Made by a program: the position numbers and the translations under genes
The notes under the pieces: model-generated
The model's database searches: none
What the model saw: only the letters and a program-made list of their open reading frames with translations
Told to the model about the DNA's origin: nothing
DNA from: Blastocatellia bacterium
GTDB lineage: Bacteria; Acidobacteriota; Blastocatellia; UBA7656
DNA length: 64,000 nucleotides
Direction: 5' to 3'
Assembly (NCBI GenBank): GCA_035248905.1
Contig: DATFGX010000010.1
Span: 175,468 to 239,467, forward strand
In this document: positions 42,678 through 51,874 of the stretch, in pieces
Position numbering within the stretch: position 1 is the stretch's first letter
How the letters are laid out: each line of letters starts with the position of its first letter

Positions 42678-45600
42678 ATGAATAGTAGTCAAGCATACAA
42701 ACAAAGGAGCCGGGCGTGGCGCGCCCTCGTTGTCTTGGCGATGACTGTGGCGCTGGCGGCGCAGAGCGCACTGGTGGCGCTGGCGCAGACCGAAACCGGC
42801 CAGATCACTGTAAAGGTCACAGACCCGCAGGGCGCCGCCGTCTCCGGCGCGAGCGTCACCGTGCGCTCGGTCGAAAAAGGCACCGCCGTCCCCGCCGTCA
42901 CCACCGGCGACGAAGGCACGGCGACGATCACCAACCTGCAACCCGGCCTGTACGAGGTCGCCGTCACCTCGCAAGGCTTCGCCAACTTCACGCAGCGCGC
43001 ACAGGTGACGGTCGGCGCGAAACTCGCACTTGAAGTTCACCTGACGGTCGCCGGCAGCGGCGAAGTCGTCAACGTCATCGCCGGCGAAGGCGGCGTCGAA
43101 GTCAACACACAGACGCAAGAGCTTTCGACGGTCGTGTCGACGGCGCAGGTGCGCGAGCTGCCGACCATCACGCGCAACCCGTATGACCTGGTGACGCTTT
43201 CCGGCAACGTCTCGGACGGCGACCAGGTCAACCTGACCAACCTGCGCGGCACAGGCTTTAACATCAACGGCCAGCGCTCGTCGAGCACCAACATCCTGCT
43301 CGACGGCGGCGAGAACGTGAATACCTTTGACACGCTCGTCGGCCAGAGCGTGCCGCTCGACGCGGTGCAGGAGTTCCGCATCATCACCAGCAACTTCTCT
43401 GCCGAATACGGGCGCGCTTCGGGCGGCATCGTCAACGTCACGACCAAGGCCGGCACCAACGATTTTCACGGCACGCTGTTCGAGTTCAACCGCGTCTCGG
43501 CGCTGGCCTCGAACAGCTTCGACAACAACGCCCGCGGCCTGGACAAAGATGTCTTCACGCGCAACCAGTTCGGCTATTCGGTCGGCGGTCGCGCCATCAA
43601 AGACAAGCTGTTCTTCTTTAACTCGACCGAATGGATTCGCGTCCGCAGCGGCGCAACGCAGACCATCTTCGTGCCGACGCCGGAACTGATCGCGGCTGCG
43701 AACGCGCGCACGCAGGCGGTCTTTTCGACCTTCCCGTTGCGCTCAGACCTGTCGTTCGGGCGCCAGCTTACGGTCGGCGAAGTCATCAACAACCTGAACG
43801 TCGGCGCGGGGGCGTTTTCGAACCTGCCGCACAGTCTGCCGGCGTTTCGCGAAGCGCGCTTCGTGATACCGGGCAATGTCGGCGGCGGATTGCCGCAGAA
43901 CTCTTACGAGACCGTGGCGCGCGTTGACTACAACTACAGTCAAAACACGCAGCTTTATGGCCGCTACGCGTTGCAGAGCCAGGACTTCTTCACCGGCACG
44001 AATGGCTTCAGCCCGTACGCAGGTTTCGACACGCCGATCACGAACTTCAATAACAACTTCCTGCTCAACCTGACGCACCTCTTCTCGCCGAAGCTGGTGT
44101 CGCAGAGCAAGCTGGTCTTCAACCGCTTGAACCAGCAGCAGCCGCTCAACCCGGCGCAGCCGCCTGTGCCGTCCTACTTCTTCCGCACCAACGTCGTGCT
44201 GACGCTCGAAGGCTCGGCGGTGGCGCTGCCGGGTTACTTGCCATTTACGCCGGGCAATGCCATCCCGTCGGGCGGCCCGCAGAACTTCCTGCAAGCGTAT
44301 GAAGACTTGAACTGGACGCGCGGCAATCACCAGTTGCGTTTCGGCGGCGTCTACATACACATCCGCGACAACCGCACCTTCGGCGCGTTCCAGAACGCCG
44401 TCGCCGGCTTCGGCACGACGAGCACGACGACCGGCTTTAACAACTTCATCAACGGCAACCTCGCACGCCTGCAAGTCGCCATCGATCCGCAAGGACGGAC
44501 GACGCCGGGCGCGACGATCAGCCTGCCCGTCACGGCCCCGAGCTTCAGCCGCAGCAATCGCTACCACGAGTGGGCAGCGTATGCGAACGACGCCTGGCGC
44601 TTGCGCCAGAACCTGACCGTGAACCTCGGCATGCGTTACGAATACTACGGCGTGCAGCACAACGCGCGGCGCGAGCTGGATTCGAACTTCTACCTGGGGT
44701 CGGGCAGTACGTTGCAAGAGCAGATCGCCGGCGGCTCGGCGATGCGCGCCATCGATTCGCCGGTCGGGGCGCTGTGGCACCCGGACAAGAACAACTTCGC
44801 GCCGCGCCTGGGCTTCGCGTGGGATGTGTTCGGCGACGGCAAGACGAGTCTGCGCGGCGGCTACGGCATGTCGTATGAACGGAATTTCGGTAACGTGACG
44901 TTCAACGTCATCCAGAACCCGCCGGCTTACGCGGTGCTGACGATCAGCCCCGGCGCCGCGGGCTTCCCGACTCTGCCGGTGCCGACGACGAACTTCGGAT
45001 TGCTCAGCGGCACGGGCACGGCGACGCTGCCGGGCCAGATCAACATCCGCCATGTTGACGAGAACATCGTCAACGCCTATGCACACTTCTGGAGCCTGGC
45101 CTTCGAGCGCGAAGTCGCGCCGCAACTGATCGCCTCGGTCGAGTACTCAGGCTCGGCAGGTCGGCACTTGTACGACCTGACGAACGACAACCGCATCGGC
45201 TACGGCTTCCGCTTCTTCGGCGATGCGGCGGCGACGCCGAACAACCCGCTGCTGCTGATCAACCCGAACTACTACCCGCTGAACACGCGCAGCAACCGTG
45301 GGCGCTCGAACTACAACGCGCTGATTCTGGAGTTGAACAGCAGCAACCTGCACAACTATGGCTTGCAGTTCACGGCGCGTTACACCTACTCGAAGGCGCT
45401 CGACAATCTCAGCTCGACCTTCTCGGAATCGATCAACGACTTCAACCTCGGGCTGCTCGACCCGTACAACCCGAACCTCGATTATGGCCCGGCAGCCTTT
45501 GACGTGCGCCACCGCTTTGTGGCGAGCGCCAACTGGTCTATCGGCGGCAACCGGCCTTTCAGCACGGGCTTCCTGAATCAAGCCTTCGGCGGCTGGACGC

Positions 45601-46082
45601 TGACCGGCATCTTCACGGCGCGCACCGGCACGCCGTTCACGATCTTCGACTGCCTGAACGCCGCCGAAGTCTGTCCGCGTCTGTCGCCGACCACTGCGTT
45701 GCCGAAACGCGTGCCGAACGACCCGGCGCAGAATCCTTCGGGGGCGCCCAATAGCTTCGTGCTGATCGATCTGAGCAATCAGGTGCCGATTGACCCGACG
45801 GTGCCTGAGCTTGGCATCACCGACTGGAACTTCTTGCCGAGCATGCTCGGTCGCAACACCTTCCGCGGGCCTGGGCTGTGGAACCTCGACGCAGGTCTGT
45901 ACAAGAACTTCCGCGTCGCCGAAGGCAAGACCGTGCAACTGCGCGGCGAGTTCTACAACCTCTTCAACCACGCGAACATGTTCTTGAACGGCGCGTCGAC
46001 CGAGATTTCGTCGAGCACGTTGGTCGAAGGCTTCCGCAACGGACGCCGCAACGTGCAGGTGGCGCTCAAGTTCATTTTCTGA
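42678..46082 (+). CDS. TonB-dependent receptor with an N-terminal carboxypeptidase-regulatory-like domain
   Basis: SD CAGGAGG, a signal peptide and a CarbopepD_reg-like segment (GQITVKVTDPQGAAVSGASVTVRS...LQPGLYEV). A plug-like region (INGQRSSSTNILLDGGENVN) follows, then a long beta-barrel ending ALKFIF. Confidence 0.85.
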   Translation: MNSSQAYKQRSRAWRALVVLAMTVALAAQSALVALAQTETGQITVKVTDPQGAAVSGASVTVRSVEKGTAVPAVTTGDEGTATITNLQPGLYEVAVTSQGFANFTQRAQVTVGAKLALEVHLTVAGSGEVVNVIAGEGGVEVNTQTQELSTVVSTAQVRELPTITRNPYDLVTLSGNVSDGDQVNLTNLRGTGFNINGQRSSSTNILLDGGENVNTFDTLVGQSVPLDAVQEFRIITSNFSAEYGRASGGIVNVTTKAGTNDFHGTLFEFNRVSALASNSFDNNARGLDKDVFTRNQFGYSVGGRAIKDKLFFFNSTEWIRVRSGATQTIFVPTPELIAAANARTQAVFSTFPLRSDLSFGRQLTVGEVINNLNVGAGAFSNLPHSLPAFREARFVIPGNVGGGLPQNSYETVARVDYNYSQNTQLYGRYALQSQDFFTGTNGFSPYAGFDTPITNFNNNFLLNLTHLFSPKLVSQSKLVFNRLNQQQPLNPAQPPVPSYFFRTNVVLTLEGSAVALPGYLPFTPGNAIPSGGPQNFLQAYEDLNWTRGNHQLRFGGVYIHIRDNRTFGAFQNAVAGFGTTSTTTGFNNFINGNLARLQVAIDPQGRTTPGATISLPVTAPSFSRSNRYHEWAAYANDAWRLRQNLTVNLGMRYEYYGVQHNARRELDSNFYLGSGSTLQEQIAGGSAMRAIDSPVGALWHPDKNNFAPRLGFAWDVFGDGKTSLRGGYGMSYERNFGNVTFNVIQNPPAYAVLTISPGAAGFPTLPVPTTNFGLLSGTGTATLPGQINIRHVDENIVNAYAHFWSLAFEREVAPQLIASVEYSGSAGRHLYDLTNDNRIGYGFRFFGDAAATPNNPLLLINPNYYPLNTRSNRGRSNYNALILELNSSNLHNYGLQFTARYTYSKALDNLSSTFSESINDFNLGLLDPYNPNLDYGPAAFDVRHRFVASANWSIGGNRPFSTGFLNQAFGGWTLTGIFTARTGTPFTIFDCLNAAEVCPRLSPTTALPKRVPNDPAQNPSGAPNSFVLIDLSNQVPIDPTVPELGITDWNFLPSMLGRNTFRGPGLWNLDAGLYKNFRVAEGKTVQLRGEFYNLFNHANMFLNGASTEISSSTLVEGFRNGRRNVQVALKFIF

Positions 46083-46111
46083 AGCCAGTGACTTTTCTCC
46101 TAAGTAACTCA

Positions 46112-46138
46112 GGGGGCCGCCCGGCCCCCATTTTTTTT
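46112..46138 (+). terminator. Intrinsic terminator
   Basis: Stem gggggcc (46112-46118) / ggccccc (46123-46129), followed by T8 (46131-46138). Confidence 0.85.
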
Positions 46139-46319
46139 GCCGCCCCGCCGCCCGTTTTCCCCGCGTTCAATCTTTTTATCAGTTGATTCCTTCAACAAGG
46201 AACCGTGGCCGGATTCGCACTATTTATTTGGGTAAGCAGAATGAGCAGAAGCAGGGAAGCCGGCCCGCTGTGTGCCCCGCAGCCTGGACGCCCGGCTGAT
46301 TCAGACTGGAGGACGGCCA

Positions 46320-46607
46320 TTGATTGAGCGAAGAACAGGAAAACGATTCGATGTGGACTGGCCGGTCAAGGTAGAAGGCGGAGACGGCAGGCACGCAATC
46401 CGCGGCGAGGGCCGCGTGCTCAACATTAGTACTGGCGGCGCTCTGGTTGATCTGGCCGAGCCGGTTCGGCAAGGCATGCGATTAGACGTTTACATCAAGC
46501 TGCCATTCAAGAAAGACAACTGGATGAAGTACGCCGCCGAAGTCTTGCGGGTCGAAGACGGCCACGCCGCCGTCAAGTTCGAAGGCCCGCGCCCCGGCTT
46601 CGCCTGA
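46320..46607 (+). CDS. PilZ-domain protein
   Basis: RRTGKRF...NISTGG matches the RxxxR / [DN]xSxxG c-di-GMP-binding motifs. TTG at 46320 follows GGAGGA (46308-46313); the ORF could extend to GTG at 46272. Confidence 0.65.
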   Translation: MIERRTGKRFDVDWPVKVEGGDGRHAIRGEGRVLNISTGGALVDLAEPVRQGMRLDVYIKLPFKKDNWMKYAAEVLRVEDGHAAVKFEGPRPGFA

Positions 46608-46619
46608 AGCGATGGGCGG

Positions 46620-47252
46620 TTACGGCGACAGCCGCTCGATGAGCCAGCGGCCATCGGCCTGCCGCGTGTAGCGCAAGCGGTCGTGCAGACGGCTCAGGCG
46701 GTTCTGCCAGAATTCAATCACCTCGGGCGCGACGCGATAGCCGCCCCAGTACGGCGGCAGCGGCACCGCGCCGCCTTCGTACTCCCGCATCAACTGGCGC
46801 ATCTTTTCTTCGAGCACCTCGCGGCTGGCGATCACTGCGCTTTGCCTTGAAGCCCACGCGCCGAGCTGGCTGTCAACGGGCCGCGTGTGAAAGTAGGCTG
46901 CGGATTCTTCGCCGGTCGTCGGCGTTACACGCCCCGAAATGCGCACCTGCCGGTCCAGCTCCGGCCAGTAGAAGCAGAGCGCCGCACGCGGGTTCGCCGC
47001 AAGCTCGCGCCCTTTCTGGCTCTCGTAGTTGGTGTAAAAGACGAAGCCGTCCGCGTCGAACTCTTTCAGCAAGACGACGCGCGCCGCCGGCACGCCTTCC
47101 GGGGTCGCCGTCGCCAGCGTCATGGCGTTCGGCAGCTTGATGCCTGTGGCCGTAGCGTCGGCGAACCAGCGAGCGAATTGCTCAATGGGGTTCGGGTCAA
47201 CGGTCGCTTCGTTCAATTCGGGCAGCTCGTCTCTGCCTTCGTCTTCAATCAT
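46620..47252 (-). CDS. pdxH: Pyridoxamine 5'-phosphate oxidase
   Basis: RVVLLKEFDADGFVFYTNYESQKGREL...WGGYRV.P..IEFWQ...RLHDR..Y is the characteristic PdxH sequence. The start is taken at MIEDEG. Confidence 0.9.
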   Translation of the reverse strand: MIEDEGRDELPELNEATVDPNPIEQFARWFADATATGIKLPNAMTLATATPEGVPAARVVLLKEFDADGFVFYTNYESQKGRELAANPRAALCFYWPELDRQVRISGRVTPTTGEESAAYFHTRPVDSQLGAWASRQSAVIASREVLEEKMRQLMREYEGGAVPLPPYWGGYRVAPEVIEFWQNRLSRLHDRLRYTRQADGRWLIERLSP

Positions 47253-47271
47253 CGTCTGTTGGTCTTCCTTT

Positions 47272-47763
47272 TCAGCGCGCAGGCATGGCGGCGGCGACTT
47301 CGTGAACCGGCAGCACTGCTTTGAGCACCTGCGGGTCGAGCGACACGAGAAAGCCGCGCTTGCCGCCGTTGATGTAAATCCGTGGCAGCTCGAAGATCGT
47401 GCGCTCGGCGTAGACCGGCAACGGCTTGCGCGTGCCGAAGGGGCTGGTGCCGCCGACCATATAGCCTGTGTGTTTCTGCGCGACGTCGGGCTTGCACGGC
47501 GTAACCGAGCGTGCGCCGATGGCACGCGCCAGCTCTTTGGTCGAGACTTCGCGGTCGCCGTGCATCAAGATGAGCAGCGGCTCGCGCCGGTCGGTTTCCA
47601 TCACCAGCGTCTTAACGACCGCGTGCTCGTCTACGCCAAGCTCTGCGGCAGAGCGCGCCGTGCCGCCGTGCTCTTGATAATCGTAAAGGTGCGGCTCGAA
47701 GCTGACTTGCCTGTCGCGCAGCAGGCGCACCGCCGGCGTCACCGGGTAATCGGCCTTGCTCAT
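47272..47763 (-). CDS. ybaK: Cys-tRNA(Pro)/Cys-tRNA(Cys) deacylase YbaK-like
   Basis: MSKADYPVTPAVRLL...KTLVM...GYMVGGTSPFG is YbaK-like. The upstream ORF extension only translates the REP-like element. Confidence 0.8.
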   Translation of the reverse strand: MSKADYPVTPAVRLLRDRQVSFEPHLYDYQEHGGTARSAAELGVDEHAVVKTLVMETDRREPLLILMHGDREVSTKELARAIGARSVTPCKPDVAQKHTGYMVGGTSPFGTRKPLPVYAERTIFELPRIYINGGKRGFLVSLDPQVLKAVLPVHEVAAAMPAR

Positions 47764-47833
47764 AACAAGAGTAATCGTAAACCGAAAGGCGGGGGATTGA
47801 AAATCGGGAAAGAAAAAAGGCTGATGCCAAACG

Positions 47834-47930
47834 TGTAGGGGCAGGGCTTGTCCCTGCCCGGATGGCGCGTAGCGCCATGACGGTTCATCGCCTGCGGCGA
47901 TTCGGGCAGGGACAAGCCCTGCCCCTACAG
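47834..47930. repeat. 99-bp palindromic REP/MITE-like element, copy 2
   Basis: Near-identical to 6807-6905, with the same 28-bp arms and a few central substitutions. It lies 22 nt from the IS630 left end. Confidence 0.9.
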
Positions 47931-47963
47931 TTACGCACAATCGAAAACTGCTCTAGTGTTGTG

Positions 47964-48656
47964 TCAGCCGTGAATTGATGGGTAAAGCCGCTTCAACTTG
48001 ATCCGTGCATCGGCGGTGCTGAACCGCCAATCGACCTTCGCACTCTCCGCGTTGCGCGACTTCTCCCAAGCCGCCACTTCCTTGGCCAAGGTCTCTCGAT
48101 CCTCGATCCGTCTCTTCAAACATTGCCGACTCATCACGCTCAATTCAATCTCTGCCATGTTCAACCACGAGCCGTGCTTTGGCGTATAGTGAATCTCCAA
48201 CTTCCTGGCGATCTCTCGCGCTTGTTCCGGCTCATACACCTCATACAACGACGCCAGCTTGTGCGTGCTCAAGTTGTCCATCACCAACGTGATGCGCTCG
48301 GCCTGCGGGTAATGCACCTCGACCATCTCCCGGATGCATTCCGCCCAATCTCGATTCGTCTTGCGCTCGCGCACCGTCACCTGGCGTCGAGCCGCCAACG
48401 GCTCAAAGAACATAAAGAGATTGGCCACCCCATTGCGCTTGTACTCAAAGTCGAACCGCTCGCTCTGTCCCGGCCTGGCTTTCATTCGACGACGGGTCTC
48501 GCCGATCAACTGCACCGGCTTTTCATCCATCGTCACTAGCGGATGCTTTGCTTCATAAGGCCGCGTATACACCTCAAGGACATCTTCCATCCGACAAACA
48601 AACTCGGCACTCTGCTGTGGCGGGATGCACCACTGCTTGACGAGCCAGGGCTTCAA
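47964..48656 (-). CDS. IS630 transposase, DDE catalytic part (orfB frame)
   Basis: LKPWLVKQWCIP junction motif, with DDE-type residues in MDEKP, MDNLSTH and WLNMAEIE. Confidence 0.85.
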   Translation of the reverse strand: MKPWLVKQWCIPPQQSAEFVCRMEDVLEVYTRPYEAKHPLVTMDEKPVQLIGETRRRMKARPGQSERFDFEYKRNGVANLFMFFEPLAARRQVTVRERKTNRDWAECIREMVEVHYPQAERITLVMDNLSTHKLASLYEVYEPEQAREIARKLEIHYTPKHGSWLNMAEIELSVMSRQCLKRRIEDRETLAKEVAAWEKSRNAESAKVDWRFSTADARIKLKRLYPSIHG

Positions 48657-49099
48657 TTCGTTTTTTTTAGCACCCCGCGGACGGTCTCGTGCGAAAGGCT
48701 ATCGACGAGCTTGAGCGCAATCATCCGATTGCGCAAGAGGCGCAAGGTCCAGCGCTGTCTCCCCTCGGGAGGTTGACTACAAGCCAGGGCAATCAAGTGC
48801 GCCTCTTGCTCGCCGTCGAGCTTGCGTTTGTAGTGGCGTCCGGGGCGCCGCGAATGGAGCGCGGCCTCAAAGCTCTGCATCACAAAGCGCCGGCGAGTTC
48901 GCCAGACGGTCGGCGAACTGACATCCAAAGCCTTGCAGATGTCGGCATCGGTCCAGCCCCTGCGTGAGCCAGCCGAGTCGGCTTTCAGAAGGATACGAGC
49001 ACGAGTGAGTTTGGGGGCAGAGGCTTTGCCGCAGTGGATCAGTTTCTCAAGTTCAGCGCGTTCCTCATCGGTCAGAGTTACGATATACTTCTTAGGCAT
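48653..49099 (-). CDS. IS630 transposase, N-terminal HTH part (orfA)
   Basis: MPKKYIVTLTDEERAELEKLI...TRARILLKA is a typical IS630 DNA-binding N-terminus. It ends ...VLKKTN* just after the A8 run. Confidence 0.85.
   Translation of the reverse strand: MPKKYIVTLTDEERAELEKLIHCGKASAPKLTRARILLKADSAGSRRGWTDADICKALDVSSPTVWRTRRRFVMQSFEAALHSRRPGRHYKRKLDGEQEAHLIALACSQPPEGRQRWTLRLLRNRMIALKLVDSLSHETVRGVLKKTN
48661..48668 (-). other. A8 slippery run: candidate programmed -1 frameshift site joining orfA and orfB
   Basis: The minus strand reads CTA AAA AAA ACG AAT TGA. A -1 slip gives ...L K K N E L K P W L V K Q W C I P, continuous with orfB. Confidence 0.6.
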
Positions 49100-49187
49100 C
49101 AGCCGTGTCCTCCGTGGTGATTGATCTTGTTTCCACCGCAGAGGATACGGCATCAGTTCTACTATTCAAAACACGGCTGACACAACA

Positions 49188-49982
49188 CTAGTTGTGCACG
49201 AGGCTGACGCTGCCGGAAGACGAGCGGATGCGCAGGGTGCGCGAGCCGCTGCCCAGGCGACCGTGCGCCGAGCGCCGCGAGCCGTGCTCAGGCTCATTTA
49301 CGGACAAGGCAAAGTCGGTCTTCAGGTTGCCGCTGATGCAAGACATCTCGACATCTGCATCCAGGTCGGCGGGCGCTTTGACGCGCACGTCGCCGCTCGC
49401 CGAGGTGAACTCCATGTTGCTGGTGCCGACGACGCCGGCCAGGTCAACTTCGACATCGCCGCTGGCGCTGCGGGCATTGACCGTGCCGACGGCTTTGCGG
49501 ACGCGCACATCACCGCTTGCCGACGACGCGCTGATGCTGCCCTCGACCTCTTCAATCGTCACGTCGCCGCTGGCCGAGCGCCCGTTGATGTCGCCGGTGA
49601 CGCCGCTAATTTTGATGTCGCCGCTCGCCGAGCTAATCTTATCGAAGCTATATTTCACGCCGCGCGGCACTTGCACGGTGAAATTGATGCTGGCTTCGCA
49701 GTTGCACTGCTCGGGGTAGCGCGAGCGCAGCTCGACGCGGTCGCCTGTGCTCAGGTCTTCGATTTCGACCATGTCGCGGTCGCGGCCCTTCTTCGTCGCC
49801 GTCACCAGCACGGCGCTGCCGTTGTAGCCGGTGATTGTCACGTCGCCCGACACGCTGTGAATGTTGATGTGCCCCCCGGCCCCGAGTTCGTATTTCTTGC
49901 TGAAATCCTGCGCCGCGCCCGCCGCTGCCATCGTCAGCACGACACCGCAGACGGCGACCAAACGATAAAATGCTCGGTTCAT
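49188..49982 (-). CDS. DUF4097-like putative adhesin (repetitive beta protein), secreted
   Basis: Signal peptide MNRAFYRLVAVCGVVLTMAAAGAAQ, and repeated S(A)SGDV/GDVTI motifs as in DUF4097 proteins. Its stop TAG lies within the CTAG at the IS630 right end. Confidence 0.7.
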   Translation of the reverse strand: MNRAFYRLVAVCGVVLTMAAAGAAQDFSKKYELGAGGHINIHSVSGDVTITGYNGSAVLVTATKKGRDRDMVEIEDLSTGDRVELRSRYPEQCNCEASINFTVQVPRGVKYSFDKISSASGDIKISGVTGDINGRSASGDVTIEEVEGSISASSASGDVRVRKAVGTVNARSASGDVEVDLAGVVGTSNMEFTSASGDVRVKAPADLDADVEMSCISGNLKTDFALSVNEPEHGSRRSAHGRLGSGSRTLRIRSSSGSVSLVHN

Positions 49983-50084
49983 GATTCGCCTTCTCCTTCT
50001 CAAGAATATTTCTCTGCGTAACGCTCAGTTAGTGGGCGCAATGGCGAAAAGGTTTCAGCGCGGCGGGAAAAATTTTGAGGGCGG

Positions 50085-50954
50085 TCAACGACCGGAGCTG
50101 AATTCATTGCCGAAATCGATGACATTGTTTTCGCTGGCGGCGGGCGGCGCGAGGTCGAGCGCGCGCACGACTTCTTCGACGATCTCGCGGGTGATGACTT
50201 CGCTGTTCGCGGCATAGCCGTAGAGCAGCGCGTTGTCGCAAATGTTATTGATGATGCGCGGGATGCCCTGCGAGACCTGGCCGATCAGCTTGACGGCGGC
50301 ATTGTCGAACAAGCCGACGTTGGCCGCGCCGGCCTGCTTGAGGCGAAAGCGTATGTATTTGCTGATCTCGAAAACGCTCAGCGGCTTGATGCTGCAACGC
50401 AGCGAGACGCGCTGTTTGAGCTGGCGCAGTTGCGGGCGGTTCAAGGTCTCGGCCAGTTCGGGCTGGCCGCACAAGACCACCTGCAAAAGTTTTTCGCTGT
50501 TGGTTTCAAAGTTCATCAGCAGGCGAATCTCTTCCAGCAGCGCCGTCGGCAAGCCGTGCGCTTCATCCACAATCAGCACGGTGCGCAACCCGGCGGCGTG
50601 GCGCTCGGCAAGCATGCGGGCCATGACCGCGAGCATCTCCGGCTTCGACACCGTGCGTGGCAGACGCAGGTCCATCTCGGCGGCCAACTGCTCGAAGAAC
50701 TCGCCGGCGGTCAGGAAGGGATTGAAGATGTAGACGGCGAGCACTTCGTCGCCGAACGTCGAGAGCGCGGCGCGCAGGATCGTCGTCTTGCCGCAGCCGA
50801 CTTCGCCGCTGACGACGATCAAGCCCTTGTTCTGTTCGACGCCATACTTGACGGTCGCCAGCACCTCAAGGTGGCTCTCCGTCTTGAAGATGTATCGCGG
50901 GTCCGGCGTCAGGCTGAAGGGACATTCTTTCAGCCCATAATATTCAAGGTACAT
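50085..50954 (-). CDS. ExeA/GspA-like AAA ATPase (short form, as found in EPS loci)
   Basis: N-terminus MYLEYYGLKECPFSLTPDPRYIF, Walker A GEVGCGKTT, Walker B LLIVDEAH, then LLQVVLCGQPEL. Confidence 0.85.
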   Translation of the reverse strand: MYLEYYGLKECPFSLTPDPRYIFKTESHLEVLATVKYGVEQNKGLIVVSGEVGCGKTTILRAALSTFGDEVLAVYIFNPFLTAGEFFEQLAAEMDLRLPRTVSKPEMLAVMARMLAERHAAGLRTVLIVDEAHGLPTALLEEIRLLMNFETNSEKLLQVVLCGQPELAETLNRPQLRQLKQRVSLRCSIKPLSVFEISKYIRFRLKQAGAANVGLFDNAAVKLIGQVSQGIPRIINNICDNALLYGYAANSEVITREIVEEVVRALDLAPPAASENNVIDFGNEFSSGR

Positions 50955-50957
50955 GGC

Positions 50958-51863
50958 TCACCCTTTCCCTGCTTGCCGCGCCGCGTCGAGCGCGACCTTG
51001 AATTCGGCGGCGCTCGCGAAGCGATTCTCCTGCTCTCGTTCGAGCAACTTCATGATGACTTCGGAAATGGCTTCTGGCAATTCCGTCGCGATCAGGTGCG
51101 GCGGCGCCGGTGTGTATTGCAACTGCCGCTCGCGCACGTAATCGGCGTCGTCGGAATCGAACGGCACGCGGTCGGTCAGCATTTCATAAAGCATCGCGCC
51201 GAGCGAATAAAGATCGCTGCGCTCGTCGCACGCCGCGCCGCTCGCATGCTCAATGCCGGCGTAGATGGCATTCAGGCGTCGCGCCCGCTCGCCGTGCGCC
51301 CAGGCGAGTTGTGATGCCCGCTCGATGCCGAAGCCGGCGACCGTCGTGCGACCGTTCGGCTCGACCCAGACGCAATCGGGCGAGAGCTGCAAATGCAGCA
51401 CGCCGAGCCGGTGCGCGTAATCCATCGCGCCAGCTATTTGATCGGCAATGTCGCAAGCTGCGCTCATCTCCAGCCAGCCGTTGCGACTGAGCAGGTCGCG
51501 CAAGCGGGCGGCTTCGGGTTTGTACTCAGTCACACGAAAGTGCAAGCCCTCGACCTGCTGCGGCTTGCTGGAGCGTGCGATGTTCGGATGCGTCAGGCGC
51601 GCGGCGGCGAAGGCTTCGAGGTAAAACAGCTCGCGCTGCCGCGCTTCCGCGGCCATCATGGGCTGCAAGACTTCGAGCTGCACTTCGACATCGGCGCGGC
51701 CCCCCTGCGCCGTGAAGCGCAGCGCGCGCGCGTCCGTCTGTAGCAGCCGCAGCGACGTGAACCACTGCGACAGCACGGCCTGCGCCTTCTCAACAGCCGC
51801 GGGCATGACCGCGTGCCCGGTCGTCGCAACATTTTTCCCAGATTGAGTCGTCAAGTTGTTCAT
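50958..51863 (-). CDS. Ser/Thr protein kinase-like pseudokinase
   Basis: Hanks-type fold markers are present: LTHPNI, AMDYAHRLGVLH, SDLYSLGAMLYEMLTDRVPF, RFASAAEF. However, HRDLKPxN reads HLQLSPDC, DFG reads GFG, and there is no Gly-loop or VAIK Lys. Confidence 0.75.
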   Translation of the reverse strand: MNNLTTQSGKNVATTGHAVMPAAVEKAQAVLSQWFTSLRLLQTDARALRFTAQGGRADVEVQLEVLQPMMAAEARQRELFYLEAFAAARLTHPNIARSSKPQQVEGLHFRVTEYKPEAARLRDLLSRNGWLEMSAACDIADQIAGAMDYAHRLGVLHLQLSPDCVWVEPNGRTTVAGFGIERASQLAWAHGERARRLNAIYAGIEHASGAACDERSDLYSLGAMLYEMLTDRVPFDSDDADYVRERQLQYTPAPPHLIATELPEAISEVIMKLLEREQENRFASAAEFKVALDAARQAGKG

Positions 51864-51874
51864 CGCTTGCCGCG

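Larger units (their letters stand above)
47953..49191 (-). mobile_element. IS630-family insertion sequence (1239 bp)
   Basis: Perfect 20-bp terminal inverted repeats ctagtgttgtgtcagccgtg / cacggctgacacaacactag. Two overlapping transposase ORFs are present. The ends read CTA...TAG, consistent with a CTAG target and TA duplication. Confidence 0.9.
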
